A DNA stretch of 64,000 nucleotides from Tubulanus polymorphus (Eukaryota; Animalia; Nemertea): contig NC_134030.1 in the NCBI RefSeq assembly GCF_964204645.1, positions 13,244,957 through 13,308,956 of the forward strand, written 5' to 3'. Made by a program: the position numbers and the translations under genes. This document shows positions 48,714 through 62,038 of this stretch, one piece after another. Position 1 is the first letter of the stretch. Each line of letters begins with the position of its first letter. The notes beneath the pieces were generated by a model that was given only the letters and a program-made list of their open reading frames with translations, did no database searches and had not been told where the DNA came from.

Positions 48714-49600
48714 TACGCATGAAAATTTTAATGTTGAATTTGCCATTCATCTTGGTAGATGCTCGTGAAATAAAGGATGATGATGAACACATGAAAAATT
48801 GGATTTGTCTCCAAAAGATTACCATTTTTAGCTTATCGCCAGTTGTATCTCGAGATACAGTTACATTATTGGAGGTGCTCATTACCCACCATGATGAAAG
48901 GTTTATTGAACTTTATCCTGACCAAAGTTATACCCCAAAATTGCACTACTTAATTCATCTTCCTGAACAAGTGAAATAATTTTGGTCCTTTACGCACTCA
49001 TTGGTGCATGCGATTCGAGGCTAAACATGGGCAATTTAAAAGGATGCCATGGAAGAGTTTCAAAAATGCTCCAAAGGTGATAGCTCGGAAACACCAAGAA
49101 TGGCTTTGTCTGCAGCAATTTGATATGACTGCTGGAAGAAATTTGAATTACTTAAGTAGTGGTAATGATGTTAAATTTGATCACATCCTTACAGTGGAAG
49201 AAGCCTATCATGAGGCAATATGTGAACATTTTCGACAAGTAATTCCAGCATTCCAACCTCGGGATGTCATGATAAGCTCAAAAGTTACGATGTCAGGACA
49301 TAGTTACCAGCCAGATGACATATTACTGATTGAATTTGATGAAGATGCCTTCCCTGTTTTCAGTAGGGTGGTCAGAATTATCGTTATTCTACAACAAAAA
49401 CATCTTATATTGGAAAAAATGATAACAGAAAACTATGTTGCCAAACTTAACATTTTCAAACTCACTGGAACTGGAAGAACATTTTTTTCTAACGTAAATG
49501 ATTTAAAATTTCAATGGGTTCTGCAAAAGAAAATTATCAGTGACAACCTCCATGTTGTGCTCTCAAACAGTCCTATAGTGATGATTCTTTCAAATTCGGT
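48714..49600 (+). pseudogene. CMC/EnSpm-type transposase C-terminal fragment
   Basis: TPKLHYLIHLPEQVK*FGPLRTHWCMRFEAKHGQFK. Confidence 0.8.
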
Positions 49601-50611
49601 CAATGTTTGGTTCCAATTGCTCGTTAATTTTGGACACACTAGTCCTTATATGACCAAATTTCCAACTCTAAGTATCGCAGCTTGTTTGTTGTCATCATTT
49701 TCCTATGATTGGAAACTAGCAGCAAGTCCTGTACATGAAATCGGAAGTTACTCATTGATCATATGTAAATAGTCGGAAGTGTACTGTAGCAACCCTTCTT
49801 ATCTACAGAAAAATGGCTGCTAAGCTGATAGTTTGTGTGGATGTTGATAATAACAAGAGCTATGTTGCGGCAGCTTCACTTTAATTATTAATGGGGTTTT
49901 ACAATTTTCATAAATGTTTTATGAATTAGTCAACTTCCAGAAATCTGTCACTCTTGGGACCTCTGAAATTTTAGCAAAATAATCGAGGGTGGCGGCGGGT
50001 TAGTGAATCTAAGTGTTTCTCATTTTCTTCAAGATATCTGAATTTTACTCAAACTAGATGTTCAAATGGACACTCAATAGAGCACAGTATCTAGTGGAGA
50101 TAAACAAATAGTGGTAATATATGGAGACCAATTCTTAAACTTGTACTTCATAATTGAATATTTCTGATGACTGCCTGGTGGATGGAATTTGATGGTAAAT
50201 CGGAAGCTAAAAGCATTGATTAATGCAGGACTAAGCTTACTTGGTGTTAGCCGATGGTGGCAGATAACCAGCAGTTGACACTCTTTAGCGTTTAGAAATA
50301 GTGGTCTTTTGTGTAGAATAATTCAAGTAACAAGCAATGGTTTGAGAAGACCCAGTCTTGTCAAATCAAAAGATTTAAGACGTTTGTAATTCATGTATTA
50401 CAGGGTGCTTTGAAGAAATCTCTCAGTCAGAAAGTCAGGCATCTAAGATGTGGTGAGAAGAAAAGAAAAACTGAGGCAGGCAAATCAAATTGACCTTATC
50501 ACTAATAGGTATGCAAACTTTCGTGATTACGATAAGTTCCCAACTACCAATAATAGTGATGTTCAAGTGGCTTCTTTTCTGCATTTAGGAGACCAGGTAT
50601 CTGGTGCGTTT

Positions 50612-50781
50612 GTTAGTCAGTATAGTTCTCATGCCATGGGTAGTGGTCAGCTTAGTACTCGTGCCATTGGTAGTCAGCATACCATTGGTAGTCAGCTTAG
50701 TTCTCATGCCATTGGTAGTCAGCATACCATTGGTAGTCAGCTTAGTTCTCATGCCATGGGTAGTCAGCTTGGTTCTCATGA
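50612..50781. repeat. In-frame 18/27-bp minisatellite (GSQHTI / GSQLSSHAI)
   Basis: Repeated GGTAGTCAGC(ATACCATT or TTAGTTCTCATGCCAT). Confidence 0.8.
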
Positions 50782-52668
50782 AGTCAGTGAACAAGAAATC
50801 GAAGTCGGCAAATTCAATCTCGATTGCAAGTCTTTGTTATGTGAAGCCGCTGAGTTTTATTCCCCTTCATTTTGATACGAACATTTACGAATTTAGATAT
50901 TATTTTCCATTTTCGGGAGCATATCTCATTTATCGTTCTCATTAAACTTCACAAATGTATCTTCTAGAGATTCAGTGTACTCGCGAATAGCCATGGTCTA
51001 TGAACATCAATTTATAAAGAAATGCTACCAATACATGCTATCAATACATGTACAATTTCTTATGTTATTTAGATGAAGAGGACATATGTCCTCTTGCATT
51101 TGAAAGTCCCCAGGTACAGGTCACAGCTGGAGAAGAGTTAGGTGAATCAGGAGTGAATAGTCCTTCAAAGCAAGAAGCAGGTGAGTTGATAATTGAACGA
51201 TAGTTCACACCTTCCCTGAGCTGGTTTTGAGCTGGTTTGAAGTAAGAGTAACAAGTACAGTAGACAGTAAATAACTTTCAGTTAATAATTTCGTAAGAAT
51301 GGGAGGTTGTCAGCCACTTGTTTTCTTGAATTTTTTACGCAAATCTATCAAAATTGCCATGGAATGCACTCTATTGTATGACTTTTGATAATTTCAGATG
51401 GTTCTTTATCCTCAGAGAAAATGGAACAACTCGTAGCGTTAGGTTCGCAAACTATTCTGGACCGTCCACGCATTACTCGATTAATGAGGGAAACAAAGCA
51501 GGAAAGAAGGATGGAAATCGAGGAATCCGGCGACATCCATTCCCTAATTTCCAAATACAGGTTTTTCCAATACATTGATTATGTAAGTGTTTGTACTTTG
51601 GCTATCTTGCCATTATTTTACCATCTTGTTTTATAAAAATGTTAAATATTGTGTGATACATGTAAAGGACATCTTGCTATCTATTAGAAACTAATTTGAA
51701 GAAGCATTATTTCCACATAATAATTCAGTCCATTTTCAGCCAAGATTATGAATACATACACCAACATGAAACGCGCTGATGGCTAGTTGCCCATGTGATT
51801 TTTTCAGATTAACGAAGAATTATACATCAATGTCGATGGATTTCCTACGATTAGTGAATTCAATAAGCGATACAAATCGATGATGACTAAGATGAAATTG
51901 CTTGCGAACTGCAAAGCTACAGGTAGGGTTTCTCCATGGTCTACTTAATGATCTAATGAATATCAGTCTGCACCATACATTTATTGTTTGCTTGATATTC
52001 ATGGTAGTATTTCGTATAATTGACACATTTCTTTTGTTGTAGGATGATAAGCAGCAGATGGAAGTGATTGATTTCTTGATAAAAGAAACAAGCTATAATT
52101 ATTCGAAGGGATTCATTAAAATCATTGATGTATGTAGAAGGTTATCAGGCTAGTTTATTTGTCAGTTATCATGTCTTCAACAGAGAATGATTTGTATTTT
52201 TTAGGAAAAAGATTTCACAGGGGACACAGGAAAATCAGAGTTCCTACTTATCTTAGCGCTCAGTGATTGTTCACAACTGTTTATCAGCATAGGAACAATG
52301 TGCATTGAGTGCACGGATATAAAACGTAAGAATGAAGTATTGAGAGGCATTGCAGCTGCGATATTTAGTTTATTGGCTATGTATTTTGTCTTCGATCTAC
52401 ATTACCCGCACCTGTATAAGGAGTCATTATCTTTTCTACAAACTGTATTACTGAAAAAAGGATGCAGAAATGGTAACCGCACAACAAAACTGCTGAAACA
52501 TTTCATGTAAATGATGTCAACCCAATGTTATCTCTCGCACTTGAAAGACTGTAATGAGATCATTACCTGTATGTATTAGCAATTTTTATCCAGTAAAGAT
52601 TTTCGAGAGACAGTGGTCTTAAAATGATTTAAGTTTCATTTTAAATTTTTAAAATTATTATCAGGGCT

Positions 52669-53109
52669 GATTCTAGGACAATTGCCCCCGGATAACTGCC
52701 CCCTAGGACAATTGCCCCCCCCCCGAATAAAATCCTTTTTGATTTGGATTAACACCACCTATATACTTTACTTAGAAATTCATTTGTATATTATTGAACA
52801 TAGATTCATAAGATATAGAATATTACTGATGTTGCGTGCAGATCAAAAAACTTTAAATCAGTCCTTGAGTAAATATAATTCACTTACCAAATTATAGGAA
52901 AGTTAATAAGTCCACTTATTAGTGCAGCAGTTAACGTTGGCTAATCTATTGGAATTAGTTTCAGTGTTACTTTAGCCAATCAAAATTTTTAAAGCAGTCC
53001 TAGAGTAAATAGCTAGAATTAGTTCACTTTGTCTAATTAATTTGAAGTAAATATCTGTGTTACTTTAAGATTAAAAAGACTAAATTTGCGGGGCAATTGT
53101 CCTGATACC
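52669..53109. mobile_element. MITE with 9-bp TSD ATCAGGGCT (Mutator-like)
   Basis: TSD at 52660 and 53110; TIR core AGGACAATTGCCCC / GGGGCAATTGTCCT. Confidence 0.85.
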
Positions 53110-54884
53110 ATCAGGGCTTTCTTTAACGATATCATTGAGAATTAGCTTGGATTTACGTTTAATGTCTGGAGGCAATCTGATGGTGGAAACTATTATTCGG
53201 TAAGTTATTTTTGTGTGATTGAGAATTTCTGGTTAATTTCTTACCATGAAACATAAGAGGAAATATCGTTTCCCTGTGGTCTGACTTAATATTCCCTCTA
53301 TTATAACTGTTCGGGGAAGGATAATTTAATTGGTGGCTCGGGCTAGATGCCGAGATTAGTACCCAGTAGTTAAAATCGAGAGTAATGTAAAGTAAATTTT
53401 ATTCCTGTTTATTTGACAGCAAATATAAATGAAAATGAAGCCTTTTATAGAGAATACTTGCCATCTGTGTCAATGGTCACTTTTGTTTTGAAAAACTGTA
53501 TTTAGTTCAATAAGTACCCCAGTACATGTAATTATTGTTAGATATGATGCATTTTGTTATGTGATATGTACTATAATGTACTACATGTAACCCTAACCTA
53601 GAACTCAATGGTGATCGATTATCTTCCATAAGCTATCTTTAGATTCAAGATAATATAGTGAAATAACGAGACAAGTAGTACCATATAGACTAACTATTTA
53701 TTTGGCGCACAAGCTTTTGCAACATTCTATCGATGAAACTACTGCACATAAGTGGCGAAAACTCGTGCGTCAAATGAATAGTTAACTATAGAACTAGTCT
53801 CGTTATTTCATTCTGAACCTGGTTAACACGGCTGTTCGAATCTAAAAATAATATAATTGATTTCAAAAGGTATAGAATGTAATATCTGATTTGCCATTGG
53901 TGGAATACTGGAATGGTACAAAGATTGGGACAACTTACAAATTTTAATTTACCTCTATTGGCGGGAAATATAGCCATACAACATTTGTGTTGAAGGTTGT
54001 TAAAACACCAGGCGCGTTTAATGCTTTAATGAAATGTAATAGATTAGATTAGAGAAATGGTTAGATATGTGGTCCTTCATGTTAGAAATATTCACTAGTT
54101 ATCATTTTAAATTGTTCTAGGAAACTTCCTTTCTTGACAGGCGATGTCATGCATGCTTATGAAAGAACGGGGTAGACTGGGGTAGTTGTAGACCAGCAAA
54201 TCTGTCTATTGCATTTTGATAATTTCTTATAAATTTGATAGAATTAACAATAAGAGATGTTGATCTCAATAACTGTTACGATATTTGGCCTTTTACAATA
54301 GTGCAGAGATATGTGTAAAATTGACTTGGCCAATTTAAGATTTATGTATAAATGTTATGTTTTCGTATCTCTAGATAGTTTTAAATACATTCCTATGTTT
54401 TGAATTTCAATTGTTCTTCAGTAAATGTTCTTTCAGTTCCTCTAATGGATCAGCTAGAACGTTTTTGAATGAGCCTGAACATGTTCTGACCGGCACTTGT
54501 TCCAAAATTTGATGCAAATTGAATATGTTCCAATATAATCAGGGATGAAAATCTTCCGCGGACAAGGGCCCATTTTTATCATTCTTGAGATCAGTGCAAA
54601 TCCGTTGAGAAATGGGGGGGGGGGGGTGGTGGACTCTGTGACATTCTCTCTGAATCAGATATCGTTAGCGATAACATAGGCCTACCGAACCGAACAATAA
54701 AAGCGTTCTATTTATATATCGCTACAAAGTACGATCAGATTGTGTGTGTAAAAAAATCAATAATCTAACGTGAAAACTATTAGCGTGCGCGTATCACCGC
54801 GTCTACCTGTCTGTCTATTGTATTAAGCTTCCCGCGCCGTAGTTTTGTTTTGAATGCTGGGGTGCTATTAGCAGTTTGTTCGTC

Positions 54885-57842
54885 ATGGATCGTAAGATCA
54901 TAGACAGGTGCTATTCCGTAGACCCATCAGGGGGGGGGTTGATAAAGGATTAAAAAATCCGTGGAAATGGAATTGGTTAGAGACCGTTATCGACGATGTT
55001 CCCCTCGTTGAATGTATAAGAAAAATCAGCGTTGCTGGAAGAGCATTATGCATCTGGTGCAACAGCGAAATAAACTATGGTGCACGGGGAAACGTTGCTA
55101 TTACTGATCACGTAAAATCAAAAAAAACACAAAGATATAGATAAAGACAGAAGAAGTAATTACAAACTACCAGGTATGCCTCCTTTGTTTTTGAACCAAC
55201 AATTTTACCCAGTCGGTACCTTAGTTTGTTCTGTGGAAAAAATTTCTGCAGGAATCCCGGCTGCAGAATTGTATTTGCAGCTTTTAGATATGAAATTAGA
55301 TCAAATAATTTGAGGCCTAGACATTCGGTCTAAGAATAAATAAAAACAGACAATCGATTGAGTCTTCAATGTTTACCTTGCATGGTCTTCAACATCACAA
55401 CAGGAGAAACCGTATGGTCTTTGGCAAGCATTTAAAGATTCACCATCCACTGTAAATGAGAGCAGTCGTCCGAAAGTTGAACCTTTCATTCCAGTGCAGG
55501 ACCGGGTTCTTCATTCTGAGGCTATGCTGCTTGCATTCATTGCCGACAAAATCATGTCATTTAGCATTGTTCCGGATGTGATAGATCTGATTAAAGCCTT
55601 ATGTAAAGACAGAAATGCCCTGTCGCACTTACAAATGTCCCGAGTTACAGCATCGTACAAAATGGAACATGGCTTGGCCAAGACATTTTCAGATCAGTTA
55701 AATGAAGAACTAAATGAGAACTTCTTCTCTCTCAACATCGATGAAGCAACAAGTTTAAGTCTGAAAAAAGTTCTTTCTATTCTCGCCAGATTTTATTCAC
55801 CCGTCGAGAAAAAAATCGTGTTTCGTCATGTCTCTTCACTTGAGGTCATCTCGGCTAAAAGTGAAAGTATTTTTAACGAGATCAATGGCGAGTTAGACCG
55901 TCGGCAGATATCTTATGATCATTTAATGTCCGTTCTTGTTGATTCATGTAATGTCATGCGTGGCTGCAGTTCCGGGTTCGAGACCAGGTTGCGTGATAAA
56001 GTCCCTCACCTTCTAAACATCGACGGCGACTCGGCGCACCACGTACACAATTCGTCAAAACAGTTTAACAATTGTTTTGATAAAGTGATCGAAAAGCTAA
56101 TTACAGATATGTACGATGATTTGAAATGGTCACCTGACTTGCGCGATGATTACCTTCGTGAAATATGTTCTTTGTTCGGATTTAACTTCACGATGCCCGA
56201 AAGATATTTTGTTACCAGGTGGCTGTCTTTGCACGATGCCGCTGTTGATTTAGAACGTAAGTTAGAAGCCTACACAGTGTTCTACTTCGGCTTTTTGAAT
56301 CCAGGTGATCGCGTTATATATCTAGCCCGTTGCGTAGAAATTTATCGGCGCTTGGGTATTTCAGAACCTGCACGCGGAGATCGCATTAAAGAGATACAGT
56401 CAACTGTAAAAAACAAGAAACTTACTGAGGACGGAAAAGCAAGAAAAAATCGAATTACCGATCGATTGATTGTCGACCGAAAACGGACAGTTATGTACCT
56501 GAATTTCCTGATTTCAGTTTTGCCTGTTCTGAAAAAATACGTTCTGAAAGTTCAAAAGCGATAGCCGTTGATACATAAGCTCATTGATGAACAAGTCAGT
56601 GTATTCCGGGAATTTCTCTGTTGCTTTATTCGGCCTGACAAGATCCCTGCCGATGATCGAAAATTCGTTAGTGTCGATTTTGATCTTTGTACGATGAAAC
56701 CGAGTGAAATGTTTGTTGGAGACAAAGCCTCAAAAATTATCAGTGAGAATCCAAAAGATCCACTTGTCAATGAATTTTACGACAAAGTCAGAAAGGCCTA
56801 CATCTCTTGTGCTAAATATTTGGCAAAGAAACTACCGCTTAACAGTAAGACACTGTCACGTATAGCTGCAATTGATCCAGCATGTCGCGGTCATACCTTG
56901 ACCTTGAAATATCTAAAGGATTTGCCAAATATAGCAACACATGTTCTGAATTCAGATGAGGTTGATAATTACCAACTTGAGGTACACCGTTACACGGCTG
57001 ACAAGACACTCCCAGGAGCTATTTCTGACGAGTCAATACCATCCTCGCTTGCCAGGGGTCCCGAACTCGCTTCTACCAGCCCCCTGACCTCACGAAGCGT
57101 GATTTCATTACTGGCGCTGTTGCGCATGTCGTCATATATCGATTTCCGAAATACTTCCTTGTTCAGTAAAACGTCCCCTGATTGGTCCATTTAACGGGAA
57201 AAACCAATAGAAGCCTAAAGTCGTTTGTTACAAGCGCTGTGATTGGTACGACCGGATTCTGGTCGGCTAGTAACGACTCCAACGACTCATGAGGTCAAGG
57301 GGTTCGGCGAACAGCTTTAGCGTAGTGGGTTCGAATCCCTTGACGGGTGAAGATGAGTCAATACCGGTGCCTATAGACGAATGGTGGTCGCACGTGGCTA
57401 AAGCATGTCCTAATCTTTCAAAAATGGTTTTGCGCTCCTAAGTTGCTTCACATGACCACTAGTTGAAAAAACTACATCCAACCGGTTGAATATATCAACA
57501 TACAGTGCCTTACAGACAGTGAAGTATTGGTTGGCTGGAAAGTCGGCTGTGGATTTTTTCAATAGAAATGACATTCGCCGCGATCCCATCCGTCCCACGG
57601 GTTTGAACGTAAACATGGCTTCAGCTGCACAAGTTTATAAGCGGGAATCTCATTTAAATGCGATCCAAGCACGGAAAACTGAAACAATCGCAAAACGAAA
57701 AGCAGGAGAAACGAATATCGAGACGGCGAAAAGAGCTAGGATCGTTTATGCAGCAGCCGCCCAGGCCAAAGTCAAAAGGGCCGATCGAAATGAGATTCTT
57801 CAGAAATTAGCAGAGAAGCGTCGGCGGTACAGTAGAAATTGA
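54885..57842 (+). pseudogene. hAT-like transposase (BED-like finger, probable intron at about 55174-55402, stops, MITE insertion)
   Basis: CIWC..DH; SLNIDEAT; VDSCNVMRG; DSAHHVHN; TRWLS; IDEWW..PNLSKMV. Confidence 0.8.
57040..57355. mobile_element. MITE with 9-bp TSD AGTCAATAC inside the hAT transposase
   Basis: TSD at 57031 and 57356; imperfect TIRs CATC...GATG; removal restores DESIPVPIDEWW. Confidence 0.8.
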
Positions 57843-59399
57843 ATTTTTGCTCGGCTTATATTCTTTGTCCTTAACCTGTAATTCATGGCTATAATTCGTG
57901 TTTGTTTTGTTAGAACTATCATTTTCCGTTGTAGGTGAAAATAGTTTCAGAACGAGAGATGGTTAAACTGGACTCTTAAACTAGTTTAATCTAAATTGTT
58001 TGAAAGTTTACGGTTTAACTGATTCCTGCGTGATCTGGATCCCGTGTGATTGTAATACTGTATAACATGGCAAATTAAATAGTTTAATATCTCTTCTTGT
58101 GTGTTGAAATAATAAAACTCAAAAAGATTCCCTTATCGGATTATCTTTGTGTCATTGGTTTTTGTCTAGGAGTGAATTTCAGAATCCGTAACTTAATAAT
58201 TCAAAGGCCCCCTTTACTTAGCCGAGGAAATGAGAATCGTTATCCTACTAGCAATGGACCGCGCCGGCGTTGAAATAAGAATTCCCAAGTACCGACTGCT
58301 AGCGCCACTGTGTTCGCTTGCCTTAACATATCATGCCTCAGTACCGACTGCTAGCGCCACTGTGCTCACATGCCTTATCATAATGATGCCTCAGTACCGA
58401 CTGCTAGCGCCACTGCGTTCCGTACGGCGATCGCTTTTCAATTAGGAATGATATATGGTCAGTGAATAATTAAATGTTTTCCAGTAGGTTATATAGTGTA
58501 AAGGTAAATTCATAATGTTAAAAAATTTCCGCGGATTTCAATACCTCCTGTTTTCATCCCTGTATAATGTTCTACATGTTCATTGCATGACGTTCCAGCT
58601 GTTCACTGGCTTGTGATCTTAGTGTTCTCAGCGTTTTAGGATTGATGTGTTCTTGATGTTCTCTCAGTATGTTCTAGATGGTGTTCTGTGCGATTTGGTG
58701 TTCTAAAATTTGATGCAGTTCTTTGTATTCTATCAGGTGTTCATAGTTTTTACAGTGTGGAGAATGGATAATGCTTTAATGAATGATTTGTATGAATATA
58801 TGCTCAGTTGCACAGTCAGTCAAAGAGCCTTCGCTCTGGAAACCATGTCATTTAGATTCGCTCCCTTCGTATGGTAAAAGTACCATTTTCGGGGGAGTCG
58901 AGCAGACTAGTCAAACATTATTCAGATCGCGCACATAGAAATTCTCTCCGTCCTCATATAGTGAAGCTTCTGGTTGAGCCAACCACAAATGAAGGAATCA
59001 CATACAATGAAATCCATTAAAAAAAAAAAAATTCTCGAGTGGGAATGCGAGGCCTGGAGGACATAACACTTTCTAAAGAGGTTATACATATCAACTGCCC
59101 TAGGGAGCAGATTTCATACAAATTTGGAAAAAAACACTTAATCGCAACTTATGCGATTCTTCCTCAAGTCACTGCATCTGAATTAGCAAAGACATCAAAT
59201 AATTAAGTCCAGCGCACGCATAGAAAACATTATCATATTTTTGTCTGGGATCGATTTTTGGTATTCCCACTTAATCTTTTGAACTCAAATATTCCTTCAA
59301 TTGGTCTTAATACGATCAGTAAATCGGTGCAGTCAATATGCCATCATATCCATTTTACACTGTACTGAAAGATTGATAAGAGGTCTCCTTTTTCTCATC

Positions 59400-59901
59400 T
59401 TGAAAGGTCGAGCTCATAAAAAATTAAAAATAAATTCTCGCACGCTCGAATTTATTTTTCATTTTTTGCTCGCCCGCCCTTTCAACCTTTGATATGAAAG
59501 CCCATTTTCCCTATTACTCTTAAAATATTCATATTTAATATATATGAATAACATATAAATGAATAACTTTTAAAATCAATTTTTATAAAAAATTTAGTAT
59601 TAAAATGGAAGCAAATAAGTACTACTGTTCAACATGTAAAATCAATATATAAATGTGATACGTGTAATCAACCATTCAGTGATAAAAGATATTATAATGA
59701 ACATTTAAAATCTAAAAGTCATCTTAGAAATAAGAATAATGGAAATTTAAAACCTTTAGAAAAGAAGGAAAACATAATTAAATCTAATAAACTAGATTTA
59801 CAGTTATATTTAGATCAACTGGTTAAAGCAAAGACATTGGTTGAATTATGGAATAGAATTTCACAGAATCAACCGCATTCTGCGACTTTAATCAGTGGTT
59901 A
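59400..59901 (+). mobile_element. Maverick fragment E: clipped terminal hairpin, deleted zinc-finger gene joined to HNH tail
   Basis: Inner arm ends CCCTATTACT at 59518; ATGGAAGCAAATAAG at 59605; LKPLEKKEN tail. Confidence 0.85.
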
Positions 59902-60573
59902 GAAAACCGGCAACTCTATTTGAGCCTTGTATGTATATAATACATAGCTTTTGATTACTAAAAACACCTGTTACATTTCATGTAAAGAACTATTTCATTA
60001 AGCCTATAAATTCACAGCTGTCATGCGTTTCCATGACGACCGCCAGACATAATGAGTCATAATAAACCGCAGACGCATAAGATCATTCTGGAAGGCGCGC
60101 CCGAACTGAATAGATGGTGTATACAGAACGCTTAGGATTTATCTATCGAAACACAATTCGTAGTTAAGGTTTACAGTTCTAAATCTAAATGTAAGTACCG
60201 TTTTTTGTAGTTTTTATGAAGTAGGGAAAGGGGGCTACTAAATATGAAACCTTTAGATATATTTAAGTGTATTTAGTATATCTTTTGGATAATTAGAGTT
60301 ACCACTAATATCTTTTAGATTAATAAAATGTCATACGCATCAAGAAGCGATAGAGAAACTCAAGATACTCTTTCTGAGGAATCGACAGCAATGGATATCG
60401 AACCAATAGAAATTGGCGTAGAAGCACAAGAATCACAAAAGATCGACGAAGAAACTATATAAGAATTTCAAAAACATTTAGACTTACTCCAAAAATTCCA
60501 ATGATTAAGTTTAACATTTGTTGATTGGTTAAATATTTACCGGCAATTGAAAAAATGTTTGTAATTATAGACG

Positions 60574-60860
60574 CGGCCACACGTCTGAAACACGGTCCCG
60601 GCACCGGTCCCGGCCGCGGCCGCACACTTCTTAAACACGGCCGCGGCCGCTCTTTTTTCGTTTAAATGGTCAAATGAAAGAAAAAAGAGATTTTCTACTA
60701 TCTATCTAGTCTATATTTGGACTTTTGATAGATAGTAGAAAATCTCTTTTTCTTTCATTTGACAATTTAAATGAAAACAAAGAGCGGCCGCGGCCGTGTT
60801 TAAGACGTATGCGGCCGCGGCCGGGACCGGGGCCGGGACCGTGTTTCAGACGTGTGGCCG
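60574..60860. mobile_element. GC-rich fold-back MITE with about 130-bp arms
   Basis: CGGCCACACGTCTGAAACACGG...CTACTATCTATC is inverted at 60727-60860. Confidence 0.75.
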
Positions 60861-61270
60861 TTGCCGCGGCCGGGGCCGTGTTTCAGACCCTACCGTATAT
60901 GTATTATGTAAATCTGCTTGGTGAATGTTCTTTGTTCGGCCGTTTCAATTATGGTTAGCGCATGCGCATTGGTCAAAACCGGGCCTGAATGCCCGGTCTT
61001 GCCCAGTGCGCAAGCGTTTGAATATTTTTATGTTCGGTTGTTTCTATTTTACAGAATGAATATATAATTATGATTAGCGCATACGCATTAAGCAAAACCG
61101 GACATCAATGTCCGCATGTGACGCGGATATTGTAACTGGTATGATTTTGATATCAAGGAATCGAAACGACTTATCAAAAGCAGCGAGGAATGAAAAAGGA
61201 TGACGTTAGTCGAAGAATTGGAAGAGGAATCTAAAATGTTAATCAATCTTTATAAAAATATATATTATAA

Positions 61271-62038
61271 ATGAACCCGGAACAATCACAAACTGTAAAT
61301 ATAAACAATAATGGTGTTATAAATATTTATCAGAAGACATGTTCTAAATGTGAATTAGATAAGCCATTTACAGATTATTATAATCATAAGACGAATAAAG
61401 ATGGTTTACGAAATATTTGTAAAAGTTGCAAAAAACCATATGATAAACAATATTATATAAATAATACTGAAAAATGCAAAGAAAAAAGTAAACAATATTA
61501 TCTAAATAATCTAGAAAAATGTAAAGAAACAAACAAACAATGGAGAGAAAATAATCCAGAATATATTAGAGATTGGAAAAAAGATAACCGTGATTATATA
61601 ACAGAATATATGAGAGAACGATACAAAACAGATCTTAATTTTAAATTGAAACAATGTTTAAGAACTAGATTATCAAAATTATTCAGTAAAGAAACGCATT
61701 CAGAAACACTATCTAATTTATTAGGTTGTTCAGATAAATTTCTTAAATCATGGATTATATTTCAATTCGATGATAAAATGAATATAGATAATTATGACAA
61801 TTATATTGATCATGTGTAACCGATATCTATATTTAACATGAAGGATGAATACAATAAAAAACTAATTTGGAATTGGAAGAACCTAAGGCCTTTAGAAAAA
61901 GTAGAAAATAAAATAAAATTTAATAACCTAGATTTACAGTTATATTTGGAACAGTTAACAAAGGCAAAGAAATTTATTGATCAATGGAATAATGATCCAA
62001 ATAATGAACAATACGTTGGGTCTTTAATAAGATGTTAA
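61271..62038 (+). pseudogene. Maverick fragment F: HNH-type nuclease, stop just after IDHV
   Basis: ORFs 61271 and 61838 are in frame and homologous to 10863..11665; upstream 61186-61270 matches 10778-10862. Confidence 0.85.

Larger units (their letters stand above)
54540..58562 (+). mobile_element. hAT-superfamily transposon with 6-bp TSD TATAAT
   Basis: TIR CAGGGATGAAAA / TTTTCATCCCTG; TATAAT on both flanks. Confidence 0.85.
48714..58757 (+). mobile_element. CACTA/EnSpm-like (CMC) transposon, 5'-truncated, with nested insertions
   Basis: Transposase motif; spliced second-gene remnants at about 50400-52510; TGTTCT subterminal repeats; terminus TTTTTACAGTG (complement of CACTGTAAAAA) at 58747-58757. 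Confidence 0.65.

Noticed and set aside
48347-48979. 210-aa ORF as a novel virus-transposase fusion
   Set aside because: Chance in-frame junction at about 48713 between decayed Maverick D and a truncated EnSpm transposase; both parts are broken by stops
50400-52510. Host gene with introns
   Set aside because: It lies between the EnSpm transposase and its terminus, so it is more likely the element's second gene; exon structure is not reliably resolvable
56568-57194. Unusual C-terminus of the hAT ORF
   Set aside because: Read-through into the 57040-57355 MITE
58288-58415. Three 23-bp repeats with spacers
   Set aside because: The spacers are related and lie in the hAT subterminal region; not CRISPR
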